64,000 nt of DNA from Bordetella parapertussis (GCA_945862265.1 CAMAXP010000015.1:25384-89383); one strand, 5' to 3'; shown: positions 18,015-26,778, counted from the first letter of the stretch. Notes: generated from the sequence alone by a model not told the origin. Program-made: numbers and translations.

Positions 18015-18992
18015 TTACTTCGCCGGCGGGAATGCCGCCGCGAGTTTCGGGCCGATGTTCTTCTCGAAATTGCGCATGCTTTCCCTGATCGCCTCCGGGC
18101 CGGTGAACACGGGCTGGTACGCGAGCCTCTTCGACGCTTCGACGAATTCCGGATCCTTGACCGCCTGCTCGATGGCCGTCGAGATGCGCCTGGCAAGTTC
18201 GGGAGGCATGTTGGGCGGCCCCCAGAAATCAAAGCCGAACACGGGGATGTCGTACATGATTCCGAGTTCGACGAACGTCGGCACATCGGGCATCTCGGGC
18301 ACGCGGTTGGGGAAGGCGACTGCAAGGCCGCGGGTCTTCCCGGCGCGCAGGTTGGGGAAGACCTCGGAAGGTTGCGCAACCCGGTATTCGACGTGACCGC
18401 CGAGCAATGCGGTGCCGCTCGGACCGCCGCCGGCAAACGGCACGTACGTGACGTCAATCCCGGCGCTCCTCGCGGTTTCAATGACGATGAGGTTCATCAT
18501 GCCGCCGGGCGCCGGCCCGCCGACGCTCAGTTTCCCCGGGTTTTTCTTTGCGTAAGCCACCAACTCGACCCAGTTCTTGAACGGCGCGTCCGCGCGCGCC
18601 TCCAGCATTCCCCACGGCATCCGGCCGGTCTGGCCGAGGATGGTCAGTTGATCCCAGATCTTGGCGTCGTAGATCCCGGAGTAGTAGTAGCCCATCAGCG
18701 CCACGTGTCCGGCGAGCATCAGGGTATGGCCGTCCGGCGCAGCCTTCATCAGGTCATTGACCGCGATCTTGGTGGAGGCACCCGCGAGGTTCTCGACCAC
18801 GACCGTGCCTCCCAGGACCTTGCCCAGCGGCCGCTGGATGGCGCGCGCGGACAGGTCGTTGGCGCCGGCGGCGGCGAAAGGCACGATGACCCGGATAGGC
18901 TTACCCGGATAGCCCTGGGCCAGGCAGGCGTGCGCAGATCCCCACAAAATGGCGCCGGCCAGCGCGATACGCAATGTCTTGCAGACTTTCAT
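18015..18992 (-). CDS. Bug-family (TctC-like) tripartite tricarboxylate transporter substrate-binding protein, copy 1
   Basis: Signal peptide, then YPGKPIRVIVPFAAAGANDL... and ...APDGHTL.... About 325 aa, typical Bug length. Confidence 0.9.
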   Translation of the reverse strand: MKVCKTLRIALAGAILWGSAHACLAQGYPGKPIRVIVPFAAAGANDLSARAIQRPLGKVLGGTVVVENLAGASTKIAVNDLMKAAPDGHTLMLAGHVALMGYYYSGIYDAKIWDQLTILGQTGRMPWGMLEARADAPFKNWVELVAYAKKNPGKLSVGGPAPGGMMNLIVIETARSAGIDVTYVPFAGGGPSGTALLGGHVEYRVAQPSEVFPNLRAGKTRGLAVAFPNRVPEMPDVPTFVELGIMYDIPVFGFDFWGPPNMPPELARRISTAIEQAVKDPEFVEASKRLAYQPVFTGPEAIRESMRNFEKNIGPKLAAAFPPAK

Positions 18993-19007
18993 GGCAATTC
19001 CCTTGGG

Positions 19008-19991
19008 TCAGGTGGTGAGAACGATCTTGCCGACGTGAACACCGCTGTCGAAATACTCGTGCACCCTCGCCGCCTCGTGAAGAGGATGTACCGAGTCGAT
19101 CAGGGGTGCAATCGGATTGCGCGCAGGCAATTTGGGCCAGACCTGTTCGAGGAGATCGCTGGCAATCACGCCTTTCTCGTCCGGGGTCCGCCAGCGCAGG
19201 CTCGCCCCGAAGATCGTGCCGCGCTTTTTCAGGAGCGTGCTCATGTCCAGCGCCGCATGCTTGTCGGAGCCCTGGGTCGCGAGGTGAACCAGCCTGCCCT
19301 CCACCGCCATGCAATCCAGGCAGCGCTGGACGTAGTCCCGGCCCACGATGTCGACGATGACGTCCGCGCCACGTCCGCCGGTGATTTCGAGCACCCGTGA
19401 AACGAAATCCTCACACTTGTAGTCGATCGCATGGCTCGCGCCGATGGAAACGCAGGCCGCGCACTTTGCCTCGCCGCCCGCAGTCGCAATCACCGTCGCG
19501 CCGAAAGCCCTGCCGAGCATTGTCGCCGTCGAACCGATGCCGCTGGTACCGCCGTGCACGAGCAGCGTCTCGCCGGCCGACAGGCGCGCGCGCCGAAAGA
19601 CGCTGTCCCACACGGTGAACATGTTCTCAGGCAGGCCCGCTGCCTCGACTGCAGTCCATCCGGCGGGGATGGGCAGCACCTGCTGCACTGGCGCGGTGGC
19701 GTACTCGGCATAGCCGCCGCCCGCCAGCAGCGCGCACACGGGATCGCCGACCCGCCACCGCGTCACCGCCGTGCCAACGGCCGCGACTGTACCTGCGACT
19801 TCGAGACCGGGGATATCCGAAGCGCCCGGAGGCGGGGGATGGAACCCGCGGCGCTGCAGCGAATCGGGGCGACTAACTCCGCTCGCCTCGACCCGGATCA
19901 GGATTTCGCCTGCGGCCGGAACAGGCACCGGGCGCGTAACGGAGCGCAGCACGTCCGGCGGCCCGAAGCGCGCCATCTCCACGACTTGCAT
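19008..19991 (-). CDS. NAD(P)H:quinone oxidoreductase (zinc-independent MDR, Qor/PIG3 type)
   Basis: Start at internal ATG 19991 (MQVVEMARFGPPDVL...). Contains ...GGYAEYA..., ...VHGGTSGIGSTA... and ...HVGKIVLT. The upstream 149 codons of the track ORF are Arg/Pro/Ala-rich and implausible. Confidence 0.9.
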   Translation of the reverse strand: MQVVEMARFGPPDVLRSVTRPVPVPAAGEILIRVEASGVSRPDSLQRRGFHPPPPGASDIPGLEVAGTVAAVGTAVTRWRVGDPVCALLAGGGYAEYATAPVQQVLPIPAGWTAVEAAGLPENMFTVWDSVFRRARLSAGETLLVHGGTSGIGSTATMLGRAFGATVIATAGGEAKCAACVSIGASHAIDYKCEDFVSRVLEITGGRGADVIVDIVGRDYVQRCLDCMAVEGRLVHLATQGSDKHAALDMSTLLKKRGTIFGASLRWRTPDEKGVIASDLLEQVWPKLPARNPIAPLIDSVHPLHEAARVHEYFDSGVHVGKIVLTT

Positions 19992-20079
19992 CGTTTCCGG
20001 AAGAACCATCGGCAAAACTCCCGCCAATCCACTCACGACAGAGCGCGGTGCGTTTTTTGATCCTATCTCATTGGTTCGC

Positions 20080-20094
20080 ACGGGTGTTACCCGT
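20080..20094. promoter_or_regulatory. 15-bp inverted repeat ACGGGT-GTT-ACCCGT in a divergent promoter region (candidate operator)
   Basis: Perfect 6+3+6 palindrome read directly. It lies between the divergent starts at 19991 (-) and 20143 (+). Confidence 0.25.
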
Positions 20095-20142
20095 TTTGCA
20101 GGAACGGCAGATATACCCGTATCCGGGGAGTAGAATCTTTTC

Positions 20143-21171
20143 GTGAAACCGCTCTTTGCCGTCCACCAACCTCTTCCCTTCCGTCGCACGGTATTGGCGT
20201 GTGTTGCTATTGCGCTAGCGCTCGCAGCAGGGCCGGCTCTGCCGCAATCGAGAGCAGAGACACCGGAAGCGTGGCCGACCAAGCCGGTGAGATTCATTGT
20301 GCCGTTTGCCGCGGGCGGCGGCACCGATATCGTCGCTCGCCTGCTGGGCAGTGCACTTGAGGGACAGCTGGGCCAAAGGGTCCTGGTGGAAAACCGGGTC
20401 GGGGCCCAGGGCGCCCTTGGAGCGCAGGCCGTGGCCAAGGCGCCGCCCGACGGCTATACGGTTCTGGTCGGGTCGATCGGCACGCAAGCGGTAAACCAGT
20501 ATCTCTACCCGAGCCTGCCCTATGACCCGGTTCGCGATTTCGCGCCGGTGACCGTGCTGACGAAGACCAATACCGTGCTCACCGTCTCGTCGAACGCCCC
20601 GTTCAAGACGCTCGCTGAACTGATCCAATACGCGAAGGCGAACCCGGGGAAGCTGAACTACGGCATCCCGGCCGTGGGGGATGCTGGCCACCTGGCTTTC
20701 GAGCAGTTGAAGCACGATGCGAACATTCCCGCCATGGGGATTCCGTACAACGGCGTGCCGGCGGCCATGACGGATGTGGTCGGCGGCCGGCTCGATTTTC
20801 TCGTCACGGCCGTGGTGGCGCAGAACGCGCTGATCTCCGCGGGCAAGCTGCGCGCGCTCGCCGTCACCGGGGCCGAGCGCTCGCCCGCCCTGCCCGATGT
20901 GCCGACCATTGCGGAGTCCGGATTTCCCGGCTTCGAGGCCAGCAGCTGGTCGGGGCTGTTCATGCCGGCAGGCACGCCTCCTGCCATCGTCGCCAGGCTT
21001 TCGGCGGCGGTTGCGCAGGCCTACAGGCAGCCCGAACTCCTCGCAAGCATGAAAGCCCGCGGGTTCGAGCTCGCTTCGCTGACGCCGGAAGAGTTCACCT
21101 CGTTCGTCGCCGCGCAACGCGTCAAATGGTCGAAAGTCATTCGGGATGCCAGGATCAAAATTGAACAATAG
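20143..21171 (+). CDS. Bug-family (TctC-like) substrate-binding protein, copy 2
   Basis: GTG start, signal peptide, then WPTKPVRFIVPFAAGGGTDIVARLL... and ...APPDGYTVLVGS.... Confidence 0.9.
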   Translation: MKPLFAVHQPLPFRRTVLACVAIALALAAGPALPQSRAETPEAWPTKPVRFIVPFAAGGGTDIVARLLGSALEGQLGQRVLVENRVGAQGALGAQAVAKAPPDGYTVLVGSIGTQAVNQYLYPSLPYDPVRDFAPVTVLTKTNTVLTVSSNAPFKTLAELIQYAKANPGKLNYGIPAVGDAGHLAFEQLKHDANIPAMGIPYNGVPAAMTDVVGGRLDFLVTAVVAQNALISAGKLRALAVTGAERSPALPDVPTIAESGFPGFEASSWSGLFMPAGTPPAIVARLSAAVAQAYRQPELLASMKARGFELASLTPEEFTSFVAAQRVKWSKVIRDARIKIEQ

Positions 21172-21183
21172 CAAGGTCGTCCC

Positions 21184-22239
21184 ATGCCCGTGAGTGCGCC
21201 TTCCGCTGCCGACACCATCCTCGTCTGGGGCGGCGGCGCCATCGGCGGGACACTGGCCGCCTACTGGGCGCGCGCCGGTGTGCCGGTCGTCCTTGTCGAC
21301 ATCGTCGAAGCACATGTCGAGGCGTGCCGAACCGGCGGGCTGCAGATCGAAGGATCGATCGAGAATTTCACCGTCCGGGTTCCCGCGGCAACGCCCGCGG
21401 AGTTGAAAGGCGTCTATTCCCGCATCGTCCTCGCGGTGAAGGCGCAGCACACTGCGGCAGCGCTTGAGGACCTGCTTCCCCACCTCGCCGCGGACGGCTT
21501 CATCCTCTCGGCGCAAAACGGGCTGAACGAGATCCTCATCGCCGAGAAGGCGGGCAGCGAACGGACCATGGGCTGCTTCGTCAATTTCGGCGCCGACTGG
21601 CTCGGGCCGGGAAAGATCATGTATGGCGGTCGGGGCGAGGTCGTCGTCGGCGAAATCGACGGCCGGACGCGGCCGCGCACGGTCGAGATGCATCGCCTGT
21701 TGTCGATCTTCGAGCCCGACGCGGTCCTGACCGACAACATCTACGGCCACCTCTGGGGCAAGCTCGCCTTTGCGGCCATGCTTTTCGCAACGGCACTCAA
21801 CAACGACACAATGGACGACAACTTTGGTGACCCGGCCCGCTTCCCGGTGTTTGACGCGCTCGGGCGCGAAGTCATGGCCGTCGCGCGCGCGCGCGGCATC
21901 ACAGCCATGCCCCTGACCGGGTTCGATCCGGCCGCCTTCGCCGCCGGCAGCCCGGAATCGGCCGCGCGCGCCTGCATTGCGGTGCTTTCGCAGCGCCGGC
22001 GCAACAGCGCCAAGAAGCACTCCGGGTTCTGGCGCGACCTCTCGGTCCGCAAGCGCCGCACCGAGATCGACCAGTTGATGGGCGCGGTAACCGCACTTGG
22101 CGACGAAACAGGGGTTCCCACGCCGGCAATTCAAACCCTGATCGGGCTGGTTCACGACATCGAGGACGGCCGCCGCGAACTGTCCGCGTCCACCTTCGGG
22201 GGCCTGCTCGCCCAGTGCACCCCAAAGGCGAGGGCCTGA
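21184..22239 (+). CDS. Ketopantoate reductase (PanE/ApbA) family oxidoreductase, second paralogue
   Basis: ILVWGGGAIGGTLAAYWA Rossmann motif, ...SAQNGLNE..., and C-terminal ...KHSGFWRDLSVRKRRTEIDQLMGAV.... Confidence 0.8.
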   Translation: MPVSAPSAADTILVWGGGAIGGTLAAYWARAGVPVVLVDIVEAHVEACRTGGLQIEGSIENFTVRVPAATPAELKGVYSRIVLAVKAQHTAAALEDLLPHLAADGFILSAQNGLNEILIAEKAGSERTMGCFVNFGADWLGPGKIMYGGRGEVVVGEIDGRTRPRTVEMHRLLSIFEPDAVLTDNIYGHLWGKLAFAAMLFATALNNDTMDDNFGDPARFPVFDALGREVMAVARARGITAMPLTGFDPAAFAAGSPESAARACIAVLSQRRRNSAKKHSGFWRDLSVRKRRTEIDQLMGAVTALGDETGVPTPAIQTLIGLVHDIEDGRRELSASTFGGLLAQCTPKARA

Positions 22240-22241
22240 CC

Positions 22242-23072
22242 ATGGCGACACACACAAAACTGCCCGACGAATTCCGCTGCGCGGTCACGCTCGGTGTCGA
22301 CTTCGACGGCCCCAGCCACGAGGTCGGGCGCGGCATCGCGCCCCTGGGCACGCACTCGTGGGGTCGTTATTCGGCGCGGTGCGGCATCCCCCGCCACATC
22401 GAAATGCTGACCCGCCAGGGCGTACCCTGCACCTTCTTCGTGCCGGGCTACGACGCGCAATGCCATCCGGACACCGTGCGTGCGATCGACGCCGCAGGCT
22501 TCGAGGTCGCCGCCCACGGATACCTGCACGAAGCCTGGGACCTCGGCGCGGAAGAGGAAACCCTGCTCCTGCACCGGACCGACGAAATCCTGAGGGATCT
22601 CCTCGGCAAGCCGATCCTCGGCTGGCGCTCGCCGTCCGGCCGCAAGACCGCCAATACCATGCGCGTCCTCAAGGCCCTGGGCTACCTCTACGACTCGAGC
22701 GACAAGGACTACGACCTGCCCTACCGGCTGCGCTTTGGCGAGGCCGGGGAAGACTGCATCCTGGAACTCCCGAACAATACCTACAGCCTCGACGATTTCC
22801 CGTTCTTCAAATTCAGCTTCACGCCGCCCTCTGAAGTGCTGGCACAATGGAAATCCGAGTTCGACGCCATCTACGCCTCCGACCGGTTCATGGTGCTGAC
22901 GGTGCATCCGCGCTCGGGCTGGGGTTCGGGCACGCCTGCACGCACCTGGATCCTCGAACAGATGATCAGCTACATGAAGGAACACGCGGGCGTCCGCTTT
23001 TTTTCTTCCGGCCAATTCGCACGCTGGTGCATCGATCATCCGCAGCACCTCGAAGAGGTACGCGTCCCATGA
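22242..23072 (+). CDS. Polysaccharide deacetylase-family protein (PuuE-like divergent NodB fold), copy 1
   Basis: ATG 22242 lies 2 nt after the upstream stop. Contains ...VTLGVDFDG..., ...FFVPGY..., ...AAHGYLHE... and ...YLYDSSDKDYDLPY.... Confidence 0.85.
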   Translation: MATHTKLPDEFRCAVTLGVDFDGPSHEVGRGIAPLGTHSWGRYSARCGIPRHIEMLTRQGVPCTFFVPGYDAQCHPDTVRAIDAAGFEVAAHGYLHEAWDLGAEEETLLLHRTDEILRDLLGKPILGWRSPSGRKTANTMRVLKALGYLYDSSDKDYDLPYRLRFGEAGEDCILELPNNTYSLDDFPFFKFSFTPPSEVLAQWKSEFDAIYASDRFMVLTVHPRSGWGSGTPARTWILEQMISYMKEHAGVRFFSSGQFARWCIDHPQHLEEVRVP

Positions 23073-23950
23073 AGCCCCATCCCTGGCCAGGTGACACCCG
23101 CTGCGTGGTGTTCGTCTCCGTCAACTTCGATGCCGAGGCTTTCGACCTCAAAACGACCAGCGAGGATCGCCTGTACGGGCGTTTCTCCTACGGCCGCTAT
23201 GGCGTGCGCGCAGGCCTGCCGCGCCTGCTGAAGATGCTCGAGCGCCGCTCGATTGCGGCCACCGCGTTCGTCACCGCGAGCGACGCCACGCGCCATCCCG
23301 AAGCAATCCACGCCCTGCGAGACGCCGGTCACGAGATCGCCTCACGCGGCGCGGACCTCACCCCCCTGACCGAACTCAAGGACAAGGAACGCGACGCACT
23401 GCAAGAAGGGCGTGACGTGCTGGCGCGGATCGCCGGGCGCCCGCCCCGCGGATTCCGGGCGCCAGGAGGAGAACTCGGTCCCCGCAGCCTCGCGCTGCTT
23501 GCGGAACTCGGCTTTGCGTACGACTCGTCGTTCCAGGACGACGACCATCCCTATGTGATCGCACCGACCGGCTCGACCCGACTGGCCGAATTGCCGACCG
23601 TGCAGGCGCTGGACGATTCGTTCGTGTTCTCTGCGCGCCATACGCACGCACGGGTCATGAAGATCTGGCGGGAGGAGTTCGACGCGCTGTACCGTGAAAA
23701 CTGCCTCGTACCGCTCACGCTGCACCTGCGCGGCGACGTTGGGTCCACCCGGGCGGCGCGCATCGCGGCGCTGGAGGAGTTGCTTGCCTACATGGCCAGC
23801 CGGCCCGGCGTGCGATTCATGACCGGCGGGCAACTCGCAGACCTGGCGCTCGCCTCCACCGCGTCCGCCGAGGATGACCCGCTCGCACCGCACGCGGCGA
23901 CTCTCGCCGTAACACCGTACCGCGGCGATCTGGCCGTCAAGCCGATCTGA
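23069..23950 (+). CDS. Polysaccharide deacetylase-family protein (PuuE-like), copy 2
   Basis: ATGA overlap with copy 1. Contains ...VFVSVNFDAE..., ...GHEIASRG... and ...FAYDSSFQDDDHPY.... Confidence 0.85.
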   Translation: MKPHPWPGDTRCVVFVSVNFDAEAFDLKTTSEDRLYGRFSYGRYGVRAGLPRLLKMLERRSIAATAFVTASDATRHPEAIHALRDAGHEIASRGADLTPLTELKDKERDALQEGRDVLARIAGRPPRGFRAPGGELGPRSLALLAELGFAYDSSFQDDDHPYVIAPTGSTRLAELPTVQALDDSFVFSARHTHARVMKIWREEFDALYRENCLVPLTLHLRGDVGSTRAARIAALEELLAYMASRPGVRFMTGGQLADLALASTASAEDDPLAPHAATLAVTPYRGDLAVKPI

Positions 23951-24702
23951 TGCGCATGCACGGCCGAAAAGTGCTGGTGACGGGAGGCGCCTCCGGCATC
24001 GGCCTCGCGACCGCGCGCCGCTTCGTCACAGAGGGCGCGCGGGTGGCGCTGCTCGATCGCGACGCGGGGCGGCTCGCCGAAGCGGCCCGCGAACTGGGCG
24101 ACGCGGCCTTCACGGCCTGCGCCGACGTCACAAGCGAGGCGGAAGTACAGGCTGCGGTCGATGCCTCCGTCCGGGCGCTTCAGGGCCTCGACGGCCTCGT
24201 CAACGCGGCGGGCATAAGCATCTGGCGCGCGTTCGCAGAACTCACCCACGCCGAATGGAGGAAGGTGCTTTCGATCAACCTCGACGGCCCGTTCATCGTG
24301 TCCCACGCGGCCCTGCCGGCCCTGAAGGCGGCGGGACGGGCGACCATCGTGAACATCGCCTCCGGTGCGGGCCTGCAGCCGCGCCAGAACTTCAGCGCCT
24401 ACTGCGCGTCGAAGGGCGGACTGGTGATGTTTACCAAAGCGATCGCAATGGACCTGGCGGCGGACAACATCCGCGTGAACGCCGTATGCCCGGGAATCGT
24501 GATGACGCCGCTGGTGGAGCGCAATCTCGCCCTGAACGCGGATCCCGAAGCCGCCTACCAGCGCTACATCTCGCGCAACCTGATGAAGCGGTTCGGCACC
24601 GCGGAGGAGGTCGCCGACGCGGTACTGTTTCTCAGCGGGCCCGAATCCTCATTCATCACCGGCTCGGCCCTCAGCCTGGACGGCGGCTCGGTCTTCCACT
24701 GA
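23950..24702 (+). CDS. SDR-family oxidoreductase (classical, 3-oxoacyl reductase-like)
   Basis: KVLVTGGASGIGLA, NAAGI, YCASKGG and PGIVMTP motifs. The start overlaps the previous stop by 1 nt. Confidence 0.9.
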   Translation: MRMHGRKVLVTGGASGIGLATARRFVTEGARVALLDRDAGRLAEAARELGDAAFTACADVTSEAEVQAAVDASVRALQGLDGLVNAAGISIWRAFAELTHAEWRKVLSINLDGPFIVSHAALPALKAAGRATIVNIASGAGLQPRQNFSAYCASKGGLVMFTKAIAMDLAADNIRVNAVCPGIVMTPLVERNLALNADPEAAYQRYISRNLMKRFGTAEEVADAVLFLSGPESSFITGSALSLDGGSVFH

Positions 24703-24716
24703 CCCGCCGGGGCGCT

Positions 24717-25832
24717 TCAGCCCGCGGCAGCCGCTTTCGGGGCCGCCGCATCGGGCAACCCCACCAACTGGTATTCCGATTGCGTGGGCGGACCGGCTGC
24801 GATGTGCAGCGCGTCGTTCTTCGGGTCGAAGATCAGAGACGCGATGGTCATGGTCGGTTCGTGTCCTGGATAGTCGTGCGGCGTGCGGCAGATCGCCCGC
24901 GGTGCGCCGAATTCGTCACGCAGCACCGCCTTGATGTCCTCGATCGTGATCGCGCCGATCTTCGGCTCGAGCAGCTGGCGCGCGCGGAAATCCCGGTAGA
25001 GCGTATCGCCCGTGTAGAACTTGGTCGCGCCGGTCGCCTGCGCCACCACCGACTGGAAGTGGTTCGAGTGCGTCAGCAACCCGCGTTCCGGGTACACGAC
25101 GTACACGTTGTCCGGCGTGGTCTCGAAATCGATCGCGACGCCATCGCGGTGTGCGATCAGGTAGTTGCCCGAGGCGCCGCGCGGCGCGAGCGCGAGCGAG
25201 TCGATGGCCTCGTAGTAATGCCGGGAATGCAGGATCCTGCGTCGCAGGATCGGAATCGGTACCCCAGCGCGGCCGCGGTCGTGCGTCGACACCAGCAGGT
25301 TGCCGCACACCAGGACACCGTGCTCGTTGAACCCGTCGCGACCCACCATGCCGGCCTCGACGACCATGGTCAGCGCCGGTTTATCCTTCTGTCGCACACG
25401 CAGCACGACGACCGACTCGATGGCCGGGCAGCGCCAATCCCAGTTCTTGCCGATCAGGATGTTTCCATCCCGGGTCGCCTCCGGCAACGCCACCACGGTC
25501 GTGCATTCGGTGGCCGGCTTTGTGCCGCCCAGGCTGCCGTACAGGATCTCGGTCCGGCAATTGACTGCGATCACGTGCTCGAGGCTTTGCTTCGATCCTG
25601 CGGCAATCCCTTTCAGTTCGAGCATGATGTCTGCATCGATCGACTCGATTTGAGCACCGTAAGCACGCGCCCTCTCACCGACCTCTTCGAGCGTGAGCTT
25701 TGCCTGGCGGACAAACGCCGGCAGGTAATGCTCCACCGTCTTGGCAACTCGATCCGCGGCCGCTGCACCATGCTGGCGCCCGCATTCGTAAGCGTCGCCC
25801 TCGAGGCTGAATACCGGAAAAGGCTGGTGCAT
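24717..25832 (-). CDS. C45-family peptidase / acyl-CoA:6-aminopenicillanic-acid acyltransferase-like Ntn hydrolase
   Basis: Contains ...GDAYECGRQHG... and the putative self-processing site ...KPATE|CTTVVA (Cys110), followed by ...ILIGKNWDW.... Confidence 0.85.
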   Translation of the reverse strand: MHQPFPVFSLEGDAYECGRQHGAAAADRVAKTVEHYLPAFVRQAKLTLEEVGERARAYGAQIESIDADIMLELKGIAAGSKQSLEHVIAVNCRTEILYGSLGGTKPATECTTVVALPEATRDGNILIGKNWDWRCPAIESVVVLRVRQKDKPALTMVVEAGMVGRDGFNEHGVLVCGNLLVSTHDRGRAGVPIPILRRRILHSRHYYEAIDSLALAPRGASGNYLIAHRDGVAIDFETTPDNVYVVYPERGLLTHSNHFQSVVAQATGATKFYTGDTLYRDFRARQLLEPKIGAITIEDIKAVLRDEFGAPRAICRTPHDYPGHEPTMTIASLIFDPKNDALHIAAGPPTQSEYQLVGLPDAAAPKAAAAG

Positions 25833-25888
25833 GTCTGCATCCTGTTGACTGTCCAGCCTTCATTGAAGCACCATCGGCTGTAGTTGTC

Positions 25889-26296
25889 ATGATTCAACGA
25901 CGTTTTCAGGCCTCCACCATGACCACCCGCAAAGAGCTGGAAGAAGACCTGGCAAGGGCCAAAGCCGCCTACGACAAGGCGGTGACCAACCTTGACGCCA
26001 CTTCCACCCGCATGAGCGCCCTCGCCGCCCGCAACAAGGCGGCCGACGCGCTGGCGAGCCTCGCCGCAGGGGCCTCTTCGCCCGAGATCGAGCGCAGGCA
26101 GCTCGGTGCGGACCGCCGCAAGGCCGTGTCCGACTGGTCCAAGGCCGTCGAAGACCGCAGGAAGGCGCTCTACGACCGGCGCAATCCCGGCGCTGACCTC
26201 GCGCAGGCCGAGCGCGACCTTCAGAAGGCCGACGATGACCTGCGGCGCGCCACCGAAGTCCTCGAGCAGCTCGAGCGCGAGTTGGGGCCGGGCTGA
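25889..26296 (+). CDS. Hypothetical coiled-coil protein (135 aa; start may be ATG 25919)
   Basis: GC3 is high. The sequence is Ala/Arg/Asp/Lys/Glu-rich with a heptad-like pattern (KELEEDLARAKAAYDKAV...AERDLQKADDDLRRATEVLEQLERELG). No family recognised. The opposite-strand ORF is an Arg-rich shadow. Confidence 0.6.
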   Translation: MIQRRFQASTMTTRKELEEDLARAKAAYDKAVTNLDATSTRMSALAARNKAADALASLAAGASSPEIERRQLGADRRKAVSDWSKAVEDRRKALYDRRNPGADLAQAERDLQKADDDLRRATEVLEQLERELGPG

Positions 26297-26331
26297 TCCC
26301 CTTCGCGCTTTCCCCCCCGCCGGCTGCGGCC

Positions 26332-26778
26332 GTGGAGCCCCAGCGCGCAGGCCGGCGCACGGTCATCGTCACCCTGTTTCCGCAGCCGGGCAGCCTGCCC
26401 GACGAGATCCGCCCGATGTACTTCGCGTGCTGCTACCTCGTCGAGTCGCGCCGGTTCGACTTCATCGATCCGCGCGACAAGAAGGACGTGGCACGCCTGG
26501 TGGCGCGCCTCAAGGACGCGACCGAAGTTGTGACGCATGGCGGGGAGGATTTCACGCTGCGCGTCCTGCGCGAGCACCACGGGCTCGCCGGCCCCGTACC
26601 GGCAAAAGGACGCCACACGGACCTTGCCACCGTCCCGGGCGTCCCTCCCCTCAGGATCGGTGCCGGTGTATCGGCCTACGACCCCGAAAACCGCCGGCAC
26701 GCGCGCGAGGCGTGCCAGGCCAGCGCCCGCCAGCTCCTCCAACTGTGGCTGCGCCAACGGGCCGGGGTGCTGCGCTAG
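26332..26778 (+). CDS. Hypothetical 148-aa protein, faint RNase H-fold/exonuclease-like pattern
   Basis: GTG start and high GC3. The segment ...EVVTHGGEDFTLRVLREHHGL...GRHTDLATV resembles the (Y/H)NGxxFDxxxL ... HxDL pattern of RNase H-like 3'-5' exonuclease folds, but the first DxE motif is absent (VIVTLFP). Confidence 0.55.
   Translation: MEPQRAGRRTVIVTLFPQPGSLPDEIRPMYFACCYLVESRRFDFIDPRDKKDVARLVARLKDATEVVTHGGEDFTLRVLREHHGLAGPVPAKGRHTDLATVPGVPPLRIGAGVSAYDPENRRHAREACQASARQLLQLWLRQRAGVLR

Noticed and set aside
15651-19400. A 1249-aa open reading frame on the + strand, the longest ORF in the window.
   Set aside because: It runs antisense across three well-supported minus-strand genes (M28 peptidase, Bug protein, quinone oxidoreductase) and out of frame over the end of the M81 gene. 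The product is Arg/Gly/Pro/Ala-rich low-complexity sequence with no recognisable motifs. This is the typical stop-codon-poor shadow frame of high-GC DNA.
20131-20136. TAGAAT 6 nt upstream of the GTG start of Bug copy 2, considered as a leaderless-mRNA promoter.
   Set aside because: A GGGGAG ribosome-binding site lies at a normal distance, and a GTG start is a poor fit for leaderless initiation. A single hexamer is not enough evidence.
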